Positions 17,078 through 27,251 of a stretch of 64,000 nucleotides of DNA are shown piece after piece. How positions within the stretch are numbered: the stretch's first letter is position 1; every line of letters starts with the position of its first letter. A program made the position numbers and the translations under genes. Source of the stretch: a virus. The notes beneath the pieces were generated by a model. That model did no database searches. It was not told the DNA's origin and worked only from the letters and a program-made list of their open reading frames with translations. The DNA is taken from IMG/VR virus record IMGVR_UViG_3300045539_000120, positions 1 through 64,000 of that record; one strand, given 5' to 3'.

Positions 17078-17677
17078 CTAAATTGTATGGTTTGTTTCAC
17101 TAATTATTTTATTTATAAAGAAATTATTGTCAAATTCAGGACGTTCTGGATGCCACTGTATTGCATAGATCCTTCTTTCAATATCTTCTATTCCTTCTAC
17201 TATATTTCCACAACTAACACTCCTATATGTTATTCTAAAATTATCTGCAATTATTGAACAATGTTGATGGTGTCTACTATTTACCATAAATGAACCTCCA
17301 TCCTCATCTTCAACTAAATGGTATTGTGAAGCTCTTTCACCATGGTCATTGTCATCTTCAAATGAATCCAACCTATGGGATTCTTCTGCCTTTTCATTTA
17401 AACTATTTACCATTCCTCCGAAATAAACATTTAATATTTGCATACCTCGACAAACTCCAAATATTGGTTGTCCATTTTCAAGTGCACTTCTAATCCAATT
17501 AAATTCTAATCTGTCTCGCTTTTTATTTACACCAATATCTGCACCTCCACATAATAGTAATGGTTGGTTAATTGTGGTAATTTCAGGGGTCAATACGGTA
17601 TATTTAAGGCCATGTTGATTTAACCATTGTATATAAAGTTCCAATTCAGATGAACCTCTCGGTGGTGCTATAAACAT
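17078..17677 (-). CDS. class I glutamine amidotransferase-like protein (peptidase C26 / gamma-glutamyl hydrolase-like)
   Basis: catalytic Cys context GVCRGMQ and His context IQWHPE. Confidence 0.7.
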   Translation of the reverse strand: MFIAPPRGSSELELYIQWLNQHGLKYTVLTPEITTINQPLLLCGGADIGVNKKRDRLEFNWIRSALENGQPIFGVCRGMQILNVYFGGMVNSLNEKAEESHRLDSFEDDNDHGERASQYHLVEDEDGGSFMVNSRHHQHCSIIADNFRITYRSVSCGNIVEGIEDIERRIYAIQWHPERPEFDNNFFINKIISETNHTI

Positions 17678-17889
17678 TACTTCTTCTTTTTATCGTCACC
17701 TGGTGACTTTAAAATTCTTAAATAGAAATCAGTATCTTTAATACATTCCTCGCAATATGGTGCATAATATTCTCCTTTATCTTCAGGAACTCCTCTATGC
17801 ATTTTTCTTACTACAGTGTACATTTCCTTTGTAATAAATTCATCTAAACAATTTGCACATACCGTGGTTGATACTACTCTTTTTGCCAT
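17677..17889 (-). CDS. zinc-ribbon hypothetical protein
   Basis: CANC...CEEC pairs. Confidence 0.35.
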   Translation of the reverse strand: MAKRVVSTTVCANCLDEFITKEMYTVVRKMHRGVPEDKGEYYAPYCEECIKDTDFYLRILKSPGDDKKKK

Positions 17890-17900
17890 TTTAAATATTT

Positions 17901-18140
17901 TTATTTTGCGTAATTTCTATCTAATAAATCATGCCATGTTAATACTCCAACTAAATGTGGAAGTGAATATGAATCAGTGTTCATTTCCCAATCTCCATCA
18001 AAATTAGTAAATTGAATCATATAACAATCTTCTAAAATTGTTATTAAACATTTATCATTTGCCCATTTATTAGGGCAAACATTTTTGAATGAGTTTCTAC
18101 CTAAGAAACTTTCCACATAAGGATTAACAATCTCTTCCAT
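17901..18140 (-). CDS. hypothetical protein
   Basis: 79-aa ORF. Confidence 0.35.
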   Translation of the reverse strand: MEEIVNPYVESFLGRNSFKNVCPNKWANDKCLITILEDCYMIQFTNFDGDWEMNTDSYSLPHLVGVLTWHDLLDRNYAK

Positions 18141-19419
18141 TTTCGTATATTGCTTTAACTGTTGGAAATCTTAAACTTGTTCCACCATTTTGGTTGTGAG
18201 TTTCTTCGAAATATTGGACACATATTTGTTTTCCAAGAATTTCACTAGGATTTTCGAAATAATATCTTTTTTGTTCGTGTGTAAATCCACTACCTACTTG
18301 TACTCTACTTCCTTTATGTTCTATCACAACATTTTTCATCATTAACTCTTCAACTTCTTTTCCATCTACGATAACTCTGTTTAATGCATTTTCAATATCG
18401 ACAACCACATATTCTGCATCAAAGAATTGTTTAACCTTTAAGATATCATTGCTACGTTTTCCTTGGTAAGTTGCATCTCTACGTAACATTAATCCTTCCC
18501 AACCATTTTCTTTAGCTAATTGACTATAGTATGTTATCATTCTCTCATCAATTAGGATTTGTTGGTCTAAACATCCAATATTTTTAAATTCTTTTTCAAA
18601 GAATAAATTATCTAATTGCACATTTCTAATTGAAAATGGAGTTGTTCCTTCCTTTGTAACAAATTCATCCATCGATAATATATCAAACATATAAAAGAAT
18701 GGATTCTCAATCGTATGGTCTTTACGTTTAATTTCTTTAATGATACCTTGGAAATTCTCATTTCCATTTGCATCCATCATACAAATTTCTCCATCAATTA
18801 CCATATTCTTTAGACCTAATGAAATTATTTCAGCATCTAAATTTTTAAGTGTTAGAAATTCATTTCCTCCACGTGAAAAATACGTAGGTTCACCTTCCGC
18901 ATCGATAATACAAATACATCTACAACCATCTAATTTTCTACTAACATACCAAACATCTTTGTCCATGTCAACTTTCTTAGCGGTTTTTTCATCGTATGAA
19001 TTTGCCAAAGCAACATCAAATGTTGGAATCAAGTTTGGAATAACTTTATTAACCATTGAAGCAGTAGAACGTGTTTTTAAATTTCTATCAATAATAGAGA
19101 AAATTAAATCCTCGTGCTTTTTGTTTGCTTCTACAAATCCATTTACTAAACTAATTGCCAAGTGACCTGTGATAAATCGTATTGATAAATCATCTAACAA
19201 TTTAAAAAGATCGCTATAACCATATTTGATTAAGTTTGAATTCTTTTTGCAATTAGCAGAAGTTACTCCATATTGTTTAAACGTATTGTAAGTATATTCT
19301 AAAGCATTACGAACTGCTTCATTTTCTGAGTATTGTTTTAACACATTTAATTTATCAGTGTTTGAGTTTGTAGAATTTTGTGCATCTACGAATTCTTGTA
19401 TTTGTTCTAAATTTGTCAT
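18124..19419 (-). CDS. ATP-dependent DNA ligase
   Basis: adenylation motif I RKLDGCR (KxDGxR), motif IV-like EGLMLR, motif V-like LKVK. Confidence 0.6.
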   Translation of the reverse strand: MTNLEQIQEFVDAQNSTNSNTDKLNVLKQYSENEAVRNALEYTYNTFKQYGVTSANCKKNSNLIKYGYSDLFKLLDDLSIRFITGHLAISLVNGFVEANKKHEDLIFSIIDRNLKTRSTASMVNKVIPNLIPTFDVALANSYDEKTAKKVDMDKDVWYVSRKLDGCRCICIIDAEGEPTYFSRGGNEFLTLKNLDAEIISLGLKNMVIDGEICMMDANGNENFQGIIKEIKRKDHTIENPFFYMFDILSMDEFVTKEGTTPFSIRNVQLDNLFFEKEFKNIGCLDQQILIDERMITYYSQLAKENGWEGLMLRRDATYQGKRSNDILKVKQFFDAEYVVVDIENALNRVIVDGKEVEELMMKNVVIEHKGSRVQVGSGFTHEQKRYYFENPSEILGKQICVQYFEETHNQNGGTSLRFPTVKAIYENGRDC

Positions 19420-19502
19420 AATTTGTTTGTTTTAATTATAATGTAAATATAACTATTAACTTTGACCCGTGAAACATTTATTTGATAAAGTTATTAACAA
19501 TG
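19420..19502 (-). promoter_or_regulatory. conserved intergenic element copy
   Basis: atttgtttgttttaattataatgtaaatataactattaactttgacccgtgaaacatttatttgataaagttattaacaat. Confidence 0.5.
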
Positions 19503-20041
19503 TTCTTTATATTCATTAGATGTTTATTTAATTCAGGATTTGAAGATTTCTTAACATTCCATATTTGGTACATTTTAATCCTATTGAATTTGAATATTTG
19601 AGGGAACACCATCACTCTTAAACGTATCCAGAGTATATTCAGGGACTTCCACATTAATGATTTGGGTGAAGTTGATGTAACAATTACTCCAAGTTTCTTG
19701 TCCTCTAGGAGACCCTTACCATCCTTAAATGCAAAGTTATTAATGAAAACTTGGTCAATAAATCCTTCGATTAGTGGAGATAATGAGAGCCATCTACTTG
19801 GTGAGATTATCCAAATATGTTGTGATGTTTTTATTAGGTGTCGATATGATTTTGCGAAAGCATTATCGTTTATTTTAGAAAGATCTCCGACGAACGATGA
19901 TGGATTATAACCATCAAGATAGAGATCCACTACTTGGACATAATGTCCCTCCTTATTATAGCACATCCTAATCGTTTTTAAGAGTTTGGTATTCTCAAAT
20001 GAAGTACGATCTGGATGTGCTATAACTATAAGGCAATTCAT
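19478..20041 (-). CDS. flavodoxin-like NAD(P)H-dependent oxidoreductase (NQO1/azoreductase-like)
   Basis: N-terminal MNCLIVIAHPDRTSFEN pattern typical of the Flavodoxin_2 family. Confidence 0.5.
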   Translation of the reverse strand: MNCLIVIAHPDRTSFENTKLLKTIRMCYNKEGHYVQVVDLYLDGYNPSSFVGDLSKINDNAFAKSYRHLIKTSQHIWIISPSRWLSLSPLIEGFIDQVFINNFAFKDGKGLLEDKKLGVIVTSTSPKSLMWKSLNILWIRLRVMVFPQIFKFNRIKMYQIWNVKKSSNPELNKHLMNIKNIVNNFIK

Positions 20042-20367
20042 TATTTTTTTAGGTAGTTTCTATAGCTAATTGTTCTTTTTGCAATAATTTCAAGGCGAGA
20101 TTCTGGATTCATTTCCATAATTCTTTCAACAGATTCAAAATAACTTCCTTTTCTCCATGAAGATTCCTTTTTAGATACTATGGTTTTATTCAATTGATAG
20201 ATTCGAATATAACGACTTCCGGTTGTTTCTCTTCTTCGAACATAACCACTTTCATAACTTAGATAATCACATTTAGCAATTGGGTCATGAAAACATTGAG
20301 TTCCATTGTTTGCTTGGCGTTGACTCGTTACTTCGATTAATCCTAATACATTTAATTTACTTGTCAT
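20041..20367 (-). CDS. hypothetical protein
   Basis: 108-aa ORF. Confidence 0.4.
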   Translation of the reverse strand: MTSKLNVLGLIEVTSQRQANNGTQCFHDPIAKCDYLSYESGYVRRRETTGSRYIRIYQLNKTIVSKKESSWRKGSYFESVERIMEMNPESRLEIIAKRTISYRNYLKK

Positions 20368-20368
20368 A

Positions 20369-20432
20369 ATTTGTTTGTTTTAATTATAATGTAAATATAA
20401 CTATAATATTTGACCCGTGAAAACTTTTTTGC
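20369..20432 (-). promoter_or_regulatory. conserved intergenic element copy (no GTTATTAACAAT module)
   Basis: ttgtttgttttaattataatgtaaatataactataatatttgacccgtgaaaactttttt. Confidence 0.45.
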
Positions 20433-20546
20433 AATTATTTTTTATTTTTTTTATTGATAATATTTCCATTATCATCTACCTCAGGTGCTGCCCGAATTGC
20501 AAGTACAATCCATATTATATATATGACAGCTATTAATAAAATACCC

Positions 20547-20885
20547 TTAAGCATTAAATATTTTTACAATAATCTTTACACAAATCATTTTAAATTTAGA
20601 AGGTTTATGTCCCCATAGGATTTGCTCTTCCACATCACATACCCAATCATATAGTGGAGTACTTAGATATAAAATATCCCAATTTACGAATCGTACCTTA
20701 GTACGTTCTGCTCCATTTGGTAATCTAAACTCAATTGACAATAATGAATATGGTCTATGGTCTTTAACTATTTCACAAAGTGAAAATCCCCAACATTCAT
20801 CTCCATCGTGCAAATAAATGTCAAGTAAATTAAACTTAAGATTCCATTTTCTAGTTGCCCATGATATTTTCTGTAGTAGTCCCAT
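20547..20885 (-). CDS. hypothetical protein
   Basis: 112-aa ORF. Confidence 0.4.
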   Translation of the reverse strand: MGLLQKISWATRKWNLKFNLLDIYLHDGDECWGFSLCEIVKDHRPYSLLSIEFRLPNGAERTKVRFVNWDILYLSTPLYDWVCDVEEQILWGHKPSKFKMICVKIIVKIFNA

Positions 20886-20887
20886 AA

Positions 20888-21574
20888 TTATTTGAATTTA
20901 TTTATATATATTCTAATTAGCATTACAACATCCATTGCATCTTCAAGTGCATTATGTGTTACAACACCATCAATTCCAGCACGTTGCTTACATTGGTCTA
21001 AACTTGGAATTGATTCGTCATTAATCCAATCCACAAATAAGATGCCTGGATCTAGAACTCTACTACGAATTGAAAATACTTGTTTCCATCTCGGCAACTT
21101 CTCTAAGAATTTCTTGTCAAATCCTGCAAAGTTCTTACCTGCGCAGTTCAGGTAGGTTTTTACCATATTTGAACCTAAAATTGGATATGGAATACCATCA
21201 ACTATTTTCATTTGTTTATTTAAAAAGTTAGGGTCTAAATCAACCAAACCATTTCTGAAACAAAATTGATACAGTGCCTCTACAACCTCATCTTCATGAT
21301 AAAACTTGGCTCCAAATGATTCCTCAACTTCTTGCTTTAATTCATCGGTTTTTGATTCAGAATAATCCTTCATTGCTTGGATTAAATCTTTGTTTAAATT
21401 GAGTGCAAAGATACTGCCATACACACTTTCGCGCTTAATAACAGCATGAAACTTTGGTAATTCTTCGAATGGAAGAGGATTTAAAGTGTCTTCAATTACT
21501 GCTCCTATTGAAAGGATTTGATTAAGATCTGCGTCTAATCCGGTGGTCTCGATATCTATTGAAATATACTTCAT
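20888..21574 (-). CDS. DEDDh-family 3'-5' exonuclease (DnaQ-like)
   Basis: Exo I SIDIETTGLD and Exo III HNALEDAMD motifs. Confidence 0.7.
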   Translation of the reverse strand: MKYISIDIETTGLDADLNQILSIGAVIEDTLNPLPFEELPKFHAVIKRESVYGSIFALNLNKDLIQAMKDYSESKTDELKQEVEESFGAKFYHEDEVVEALYQFCFRNGLVDLDPNFLNKQMKIVDGIPYPILGSNMVKTYLNCAGKNFAGFDKKFLEKLPRWKQVFSIRSRVLDPGILFVDWINDESIPSLDQCKQRAGIDGVVTHNALEDAMDVVMLIRIYINKFK

Positions 21575-21575
21575 A

Positions 21576-21833
21576 TTATTTATTTTCTGGGTTCATAGCT
21601 TTATAATTAGCCAATACATATTTTTGAACTCTTTTGGATGCCTTAGAAGTTCCATTTAAAATTGCTTCGTGTGCTTCTTTAAAACTCAAATTAACATATC
21701 TCAAATGTCTGTATAATTCTCGATGAATTGGATATGGTTGATTTGACCATCCATTTCCATTTTCAGATATGTACATTCCTTGTACTTCTCTAATATCAGA
21801 AAAATCTAGTTTTGTTCCTGTATAAAATGGCAT
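21576..21833 (-). CDS. hypothetical protein
   Basis: 85-aa ORF. Confidence 0.35.
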   Translation of the reverse strand: MPFYTGTKLDFSDIREVQGMYISENGNGWSNQPYPIHRELYRHLRYVNLSFKEAHEAILNGTSKASKRVQKYVLANYKAMNPENK

Positions 21834-21856
21834 AATTTTTTATTTTAAGTTATATC

Positions 21857-22243
21857 TTAAATCTTAGAAAAGTTTAAAAATTCTGTTGCTTTTCTCGCAT
21901 CGTTAAAAATCTTTAGTGCAGATTTAAATGATACCTTTCTACCTGAATTTGTTGTCAATAACTGAATTCCGGAATCTTTGAAATCATAGTCAGTTCCCCA
22001 TACTAAATAGTAATTAGATACCACATTACCATTTTTTAGATTGTAAGATCTTTTATAAGTAATCTCTCCTAAATTACTCCATTTTTCAGAAACATAAGGT
22101 TTCATTGTTGAAGTAACTAATGCAATTACCTTTGGTAAATCCTTACCATCTTCTGTTCTTTGGAAGCTCATTAAAACTTCTACCTTTCCTAAATCTTTGT
22201 GATTAAAAAATCTTTCCATGTTTATTTTTTTAAGGGGTTCCAT
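21857..22243 (-). CDS. hypothetical protein
   Basis: 128-aa ORF. Confidence 0.4.
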   Translation of the reverse strand: MEPLKKINMERFFNHKDLGKVEVLMSFQRTEDGKDLPKVIALVTSTMKPYVSEKWSNLGEITYKRSYNLKNGNVVSNYYLVWGTDYDFKDSGIQLLTTNSGRKVSFKSALKIFNDARKATEFLNFSKI

Positions 22244-22264
22244 TCATCGTTCCAATAAATAAAA

Positions 22265-22495
22265 TCAGAACAGTTCTTCGTGTTTTTCATATTTATATTT
22301 ACCTTTAATAGTTTCATTTAGCGCTTTACCAATTGAATCCGTATTTATCAATTTCAAATAATCCTCAAGAGTAACATCAAAATATGTGTACGTTACTCCA
22401 TGAATAAACGTTACCATAAGATTATTATCACTAGTAGAATAGTATAACGATTCTATTGTTGAAGATTTTACCAATGTTGTTTGTGATTTTATCAT
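22265..22495 (-). CDS. KTSC-domain protein
   Basis: IESLYYSTSDNNLMVTFIHGVTYTYFDVTLEDYLKLINTDSIGKALNETIKGKY matches the KTSC pattern. Confidence 0.45.
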   Translation of the reverse strand: MIKSQTTLVKSSTIESLYYSTSDNNLMVTFIHGVTYTYFDVTLEDYLKLINTDSIGKALNETIKGKYKYEKHEELF

Positions 22496-22674
22496 TATTC
22501 TGCGATTGATTTTAAATGTTTTTCCTTTAATACCTTAACTAAATCATTGTAAGTTTCTACTGCAGTGTTTGCGTCAACACTCTTTGCTCTAATTAATTGC
22601 AAAGTCTTTGCATCTCTAATCATAATAACATCTACGTCTAATTCTACCGATAATCCTCCTACTAAATTTTTCAT
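22495..22674 (-). CDS. small hypothetical protein (59 aa)
   Basis: ATG just downstream of a variant element copy; 1-nt TAATG overlap with the next gene. Confidence 0.35.
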   Translation of the reverse strand: MKNLVGGLSVELDVDVIMIRDAKTLQLIRAKSVDANTAVETYNDLVKVLKEKHLKSIAE

Positions 22675-22740
22675 GTTGTTTGTTTTAAATTGATATGTAA
22701 ATATAACTATAATATTTGACCTGTGAAAACTTTTTATAAA
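22675..22740 (-). promoter_or_regulatory. conserved intergenic element copy (variant)
   Basis: ttgtttgttttaaattgatatgtaaatataactataatatttgacctgtgaaaactttt. Confidence 0.45.
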
Positions 22741-23156
22741 CTATTATCTAATTCTTTTTTAATTTCATTTAAGGATTTTTGAATATTTCCCGTTATATCA
22801 TTTTCCATTTTTACTCTCATACCTTCCATTTTATTATCGAAAACATCTAAAGTTTTATTTAGTGTTCTACCTCCAATTGGGATTGTATAACTATAAACAT
22901 GATTTATAATTTGAATAGAACTGGAACCAATGATTACAAAGATTTCCTCACTGTCTAATTTGATATATCTTTTACCGCTTAAGGGCGACATTAGGAGAAT
23001 TGCTCCTGGTTTTTCAATTAACTTTTTACAAATTAAATAGGCTGAAGTTTGTTGATTATTAACTTCTCCTTTATACGCTGAATCAAATGTTGATTTTCTC
23101 CAGATATAAAATTTCTGCTTAATTCTTTTTAATTTGTGATTTAATGTTGCTTTCAT
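22734..23156 (-). CDS. hypothetical protein
   Basis: 140-aa ORF. Confidence 0.4.
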   Translation of the reverse strand: MKATLNHKLKRIKQKFYIWRKSTFDSAYKGEVNNQQTSAYLICKKLIEKPGAILLMSPLSGKRYIKLDSEEIFVIIGSSSIQIINHVYSYTIPIGGRTLNKTLDVFDNKMEGMRVKMENDITGNIQKSLNEIKKELDNSL

Positions 23157-23160
23157 TTTT

Positions 23161-23367
23161 TTAAATTTTAGTTAGTGGAATCCATTTACCTTCTTTAAAT
23201 TTGTGAGGTACACCATCAATTGTTTTAAATGTACTATGCAAATTTACTTGATTATCGTCAATCTTTGCCTTGCTTAAAGTATTTTCAAAATCTTCAGCGG
23301 TAGTTCTGCGTCTTACTATCGAAGGATCTACCTTCTTTTTTCTTCTTGGTCCATTATAGTATGCCAT
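23161..23367 (-). CDS. hypothetical basic protein (start moved to internal Met to avoid 80-nt overlap)
   Basis: MAYYNGPRRKKK... start. Confidence 0.3.
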   Translation of the reverse strand: MAYYNGPRRKKKVDPSIVRRRTTAEDFENTLSKAKIDDNQVNLHSTFKTIDGVPHKFKEGKWIPLTKI

Positions 23368-23401
23368 ACTGATATTATATAAAATATTAAAGTTTTGTTT
23401 C

Positions 23402-24046
23402 TTATTCGTGGTGGTCCTTAAATGCAAACATGGATTTAACAGGTTGTTTTTGCATGATTGAAAGAACCTCACGTAATTCAATTGGTTTTAAATCATTACC
23501 ATCAACTCCGACATCCATCATTCTCCCTGGACCTAGTCTTCTACCTTTTGGTAAATGAACATGGCCATGTAAATGCATAACCCCTTGTCCCATATCTTGC
23601 CAACTTGCCATTGGATAGTGGCTTAATATAAATCTGTTCTTTTGTGCAGGAAGGTTCTTAGAAATTGCCTGTATTACCACAGTAACATATAGGTAATGAT
23701 TAACACTTAAGAAATTATCTCTAACATCTTCCTTGTTATTTTCAATATGATGGTCATGATTTCCTAGGATTAGGTGAATATTTTTACAAACTATTCGGTT
23801 TCTAAACTCAGATATTTTCTCAATTCCACCAAAACTCCAGTCACCTAGGTGAATCAATATGTCATTCTCTCCTACTGTATTGTTTATATTATCTACCAGA
23901 ACTTGATTCATCTGGTGTAACGTATTGAACTCACGTGTTCCTCTTGAACCATCCCATTGGGAGATACCTCCACATATATTGGTGTGGTTATAATGTGTAT
24001 CACTTGTAAAAAATACCCTTTGTCCTTTTTCTACTACTATTTTCAT
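23402..24046 (-). CDS. calcineurin-like metallophosphoesterase
   Basis: SDTHYNH, HLGDWSFGG and LGNHDHH motifs. Confidence 0.75.
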   Translation of the reverse strand: MKIVVEKGQRVFFTSDTHYNHTNICGGISQWDGSRGTREFNTLHQMNQVLVDNINNTVGENDILIHLGDWSFGGIEKISEFRNRIVCKNIHLILGNHDHHIENNKEDVRDNFLSVNHYLYVTVVIQAISKNLPAQKNRFILSHYPMASWQDMGQGVMHLHGHVHLPKGRRLGPGRMMDVGVDGNDLKPIELREVLSIMQKQPVKSMFAFKDHHE

Positions 24047-24048
24047 AA

Positions 24049-24273
24049 CTATCTTTCTAAAATTACATATTCCCCAAACGCATTATCAAATGTTTGTACT
24101 AAATATTCATAATCACCACTCATCATATCTGCGATAAGAGCATCTCCTCGGTCTAACCATCCTAATTGGGTTGCAAATCTTTTAGCGTAAGCCATAAGCG
24201 CATATGCATTTCCATCAGGTCCTGTTAAATCTATAACGATTTGGTCATTTGTTTTTTGTTTACTTCGTATCAT
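24049..24273 (-). CDS. hypothetical protein (start moved to MIRSKQ, directly after the element copy)
   Basis: the ORF-track N-terminal extension runs into the conserved intergenic element. Confidence 0.4.
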   Translation of the reverse strand: MIRSKQKTNDQIVIDLTGPDGNAYALMAYAKRFATQLGWLDRGDALIADMMSGDYEYLVQTFDNAFGEYVILER

Positions 24274-24275
24274 AA

Positions 24276-24364
24276 TATTGTTTGTTTTAATTATAATGTA
24301 AATATAACTATAATATTTGAACCATGAAAACTTTTTTACACTTATTTTCAAAAAGTTATTAACA
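24276..24364 (-). promoter_or_regulatory. conserved intergenic element copy
   Basis: attgtttgttttaattataatgtaaatataactataatatttgaaccatgaaaacttttttacacttattttcaaaaagttattaacag. Confidence 0.5.
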
Positions 24365-24416
24365 GAAAAAAGTCCCTTATTAATAAGGGACTTTGATATA
24401 TCTTTTATTTATTGAA

Positions 24417-25262
24417 TTATTTGATACCAATCATGGAATTTGTTTTGTCACCTAGCATTGTTTCAGGTAATTTACCATTCCATTTGTTAATCCATTCTAA
24501 TTGAAGTAGCATTGGTGTGATGGTTTTTTGTTTTAAACTATTTGCCTCAGCCTCAGCTCTTGCAGATGCCAACATTGCAGCGGCATTACCGTTTGCAGTC
24601 GCAACTTTAATTTTAGCTTGTGCCTCTGCTGTTTTAACTTCATTTTCTGCTCTTAATGCTGACTGTACTGCATTGTTCTTAGCTTCAATTGATCGTTTAA
24701 ATGTCTCTGGATAAATTAAGTTTGATGTAAATTGATTAATAACGAATCCCTCTTTAAGTAATTGTCCTTCAAGTAATCTTCGTACTTCTACTTCAAACAC
24801 TGCACGATTTGAAATTAATTCGTCTGCTGTATATTTATTAGTAGCTAAACGGAATGCATCATAAACTGCTGTTTTTAAGAATCCTTCCTCGATTTCTGGA
24901 AGAGATCTACGATATTTAGCAAAAATTGCTGGTACTTTTTCTGACCTAACAGAGTAATTCATAATTGGAGAAACGCTAAATTCAGAACCATCCTTTGAGT
25001 TTACAATAAATGAATTATCTACTTCTTCGGTTTTCTTATATTCTTTATGTTGAATATAAGTTGGAAACTCATAAATTTTTGTTGAAATTGGATTAAAAAA
25101 TACAACTCCAGTACATGCCGTAACATCATCTACCCCTTTACCACTTCCATAAAGGTTAACCTTTACGCCAACATGTCCTGCATCAATACGCTCACATGAA
25201 AATACTAAAAATACTGATAAAAATACTACCGAAATAATTGCAATAATTGATTTAATTGTCAT
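24417..25262 (-). CDS. SPFH/band-7 (stomatin/prohibitin-like) membrane protein
   Basis: N-terminal TM segment then an Ala/Glu-rich coiled region (AEAQAKIKVATANGNAAAMLASARAEAEA) typical of SPFH C-termini. Confidence 0.5.
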   Translation of the reverse strand: MTIKSIIAIISVVFLSVFLVFSCERIDAGHVGVKVNLYGSGKGVDDVTACTGVVFFNPISTKIYEFPTYIQHKEYKKTEEVDNSFIVNSKDGSEFSVSPIMNYSVRSEKVPAIFAKYRRSLPEIEEGFLKTAVYDAFRLATNKYTADELISNRAVFEVEVRRLLEGQLLKEGFVINQFTSNLIYPETFKRSIEAKNNAVQSALRAENEVKTAEAQAKIKVATANGNAAAMLASARAEAEANSLKQKTITPMLLQLEWINKWNGKLPETMLGDKTNSMIGIK

Positions 25263-25482
25263 TTTGTTTTGTTTTTGAATTGTTAAACATTGAATAAATA
25301 GCGTATCCTATAGCACCGATACATGTTGTGTAAATAAAGAAACCTGCAAAAAAGCTTATATCACTTGGATATGTCATTAAATAATTTGCAAGATCTATTG
25401 CCTTAATCGTTACGACTCCAATAATAAACCAAATATAAAATTTGAGGAATCGTTCATAAAAATCTTTTAATTTTTCTTTCAT
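25252..25482 (-). CDS. small membrane protein
   Basis: two hydrophobic helices. Confidence 0.35.
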   Translation of the reverse strand: MKEKLKDFYERFLKFYIWFIIGVVTIKAIDLANYLMTYPSDISFFAGFFIYTTCIGAIGYAIYSMFNNSKTKQNDN

Positions 25483-25483
25483 T

Positions 25484-25565
25484 AATTTGTTTGTTTTAAT
25501 TATAATGTAAATATAACTATTATATGTGAACCGTGAAAACTTATTTTTATAAAGTTATTAACAAT
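25484..25565 (-). promoter_or_regulatory. conserved intergenic element copy
   Basis: taatttgtttgttttaattataatgtaaatataactattatatgtgaaccgtgaaaacttatttttataaagttattaacaat. Confidence 0.5.
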
Positions 25566-25568
25566 GTT

Positions 25569-26204
25569 CTAGTCCCACCATCGTTCAATATTTTGTTCCA
25601 TTATTTTGAATAACAATTTTCTTGCTCGATCGTGATTAATGTAACCTATATTCATAGCAATAACTTGTTTGTCATCTTCACGCCCTTCACGACCAAATGG
25701 ACCTTCTCCACCTAAAACTCGTTTATAGATTAATGGATATTTTTTAAAGAAATCTTCAAAGTTCTCTTCTAATAATTTAGATTCCCATGTACTATAACCT
25801 TCTTTTCCTGGTACATCTTCAAACCAATGCTTTGTTTTATGATAGTCAGAGTATTCACTGCTATAAGTTTCCTCTTGTACCAATTTCATAAGTCGGACGC
25901 ATGTCATCATGATTTCAGCATCCCTTTTGGCTCTGGTATGAATATCTCGACTTCCGATATATTCCGATTGAGCCTTGATTTTATGTGACAAGATTTCAAA
26001 GATATAGTGAGAATCCCAGTGTCTGTCTTTCCAAATGATAGGAAACCAATACCAAATATTCTTTACTCCCTGTTTAAGGTACTTATGATAATATCTACCA
26101 TCATTATCCCACCATAGCGGAATGCACTTTAGTTTTCTTACGAGCCATGATTCTTTTTCACGCGCTTCTGCCCACTGGTCAAATATGTCTTTTTCTGGTT
26201 CCAT
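25569..26204 (-). CDS. hypothetical protein
   Basis: 211-aa ORF. Confidence 0.45.
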   Translation of the reverse strand: MEPEKDIFDQWAEAREKESWLVRKLKCIPLWWDNDGRYYHKYLKQGVKNIWYWFPIIWKDRHWDSHYIFEILSHKIKAQSEYIGSRDIHTRAKRDAEIMMTCVRLMKLVQEETYSSEYSDYHKTKHWFEDVPGKEGYSTWESKLLEENFEDFFKKYPLIYKRVLGGEGPFGREGREDDKQVIAMNIGYINHDRARKLLFKIMEQNIERWWD

Positions 26205-26209
26205 ATTAA

Positions 26210-26917
26210 TTATATAAATGTGATTTCGTTTGTTTCAGGATTCCAATCAAATGTTACTGGTTTGTTATTATATTCATATCTCTCGTTTAATATAGATGCA
26301 TTAAAGAAATGTGTTCCATTATGAAACTTATAACCATATCCACCATGAATGTGTCCAAATACATGAATCTTAGGTGGTTGTTCATCTACCTTTTCTCTAA
26401 GTAATGCACATCCTAAATGAGGTTCATTGTATGGAGGACCACTAACATCTAAATGGTCTTGTGGTGGTCCATGTGTAATAAGAATATCAGTATCTTTAGG
26501 AATTGCTTCCCATTTTGACATTAATCCTGGACCACCCTTTGGTAAGTTAAATGCCCAACTATAAAATTCAGGTTGCCAAGGACTACCGTAAATAACTGTT
26601 TGCTGATCGTCTTGATCCCATAGATCTAATCTGTTATCTTGAAGATATTCAATGTTCTTAAAAGAAGTATAAATCTCACTTGCCATTTCTGGGTCATTTT
26701 CAAAGATTCTGTCATGATTCCCAGCAATAAACACCTTCGTATCGTATTGGTTTAAACTGTCGAACCATTTACAGAATTGATGAATATCCACTGGATTTCT
26801 ACCAGAATTCATGATATCTCCGGCATGAATTAATAGGTCTCCTCCTGGTAAATCTTTTGGATCGTAAGATAACTCATCATGTTTTGTGTGAGTGTCAGAA
26901 ATTAGTGTAATTCTCAT
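26210..26917 (-). CDS. calcineurin-like metallophosphoesterase
   Basis: SDTHTKH, HAGDIMNSG, AGNHD and GHIHGG motifs. Confidence 0.75.
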   Translation of the reverse strand: MRITLISDTHTKHDELSYDPKDLPGGDLLIHAGDIMNSGRNPVDIHQFCKWFDSLNQYDTKVFIAGNHDRIFENDPEMASEIYTSFKNIEYLQDNRLDLWDQDDQQTVIYGSPWQPEFYSWAFNLPKGGPGLMSKWEAIPKDTDILITHGPPQDHLDVSGPPYNEPHLGCALLREKVDEQPPKIHVFGHIHGGYGYKFHNGTHFFNASILNERYEYNNKPVTFDWNPETNEITFI

Positions 26918-26974
26918 TTGCTTAAATATTTACATCTATTATATTTGTATTTTAACCTTTGTTTCTAAAGATTA

Positions 26975-27250
26975 TTAACATTTACAAATTTTAATATTAA
27001 TATCTTTAAGGAATTCATGTATTTTAAAAAGTGATGGTTTTGCGTTCTCATGTTCTAATGTAAACCACCAACCTTTACCTTCACTATCAGTGATACTTAT
27101 AGTACCCGATATGAATTCATATACCCTTTCTACTGTAATATTCTGCATTACAGTTTGACCATATTGATCTTTAACATGAAGTGCATCATTGTCTTTAACT
27201 AATTTAAGACAATCTCCTTCGTAATTTATAAGTCCTATTGAATTTTTCAT
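26975..27250 (-). CDS. hypothetical protein
   Basis: 91-aa ORF. Confidence 0.4.
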   Translation of the reverse strand: MKNSIGLINYEGDCLKLVKDNDALHVKDQYGQTVMQNITVERVYEFISGTISITDSEGKGWWFTLEHENAKPSLFKIHEFLKDINIKICKC

Positions 27251-27251
27251 A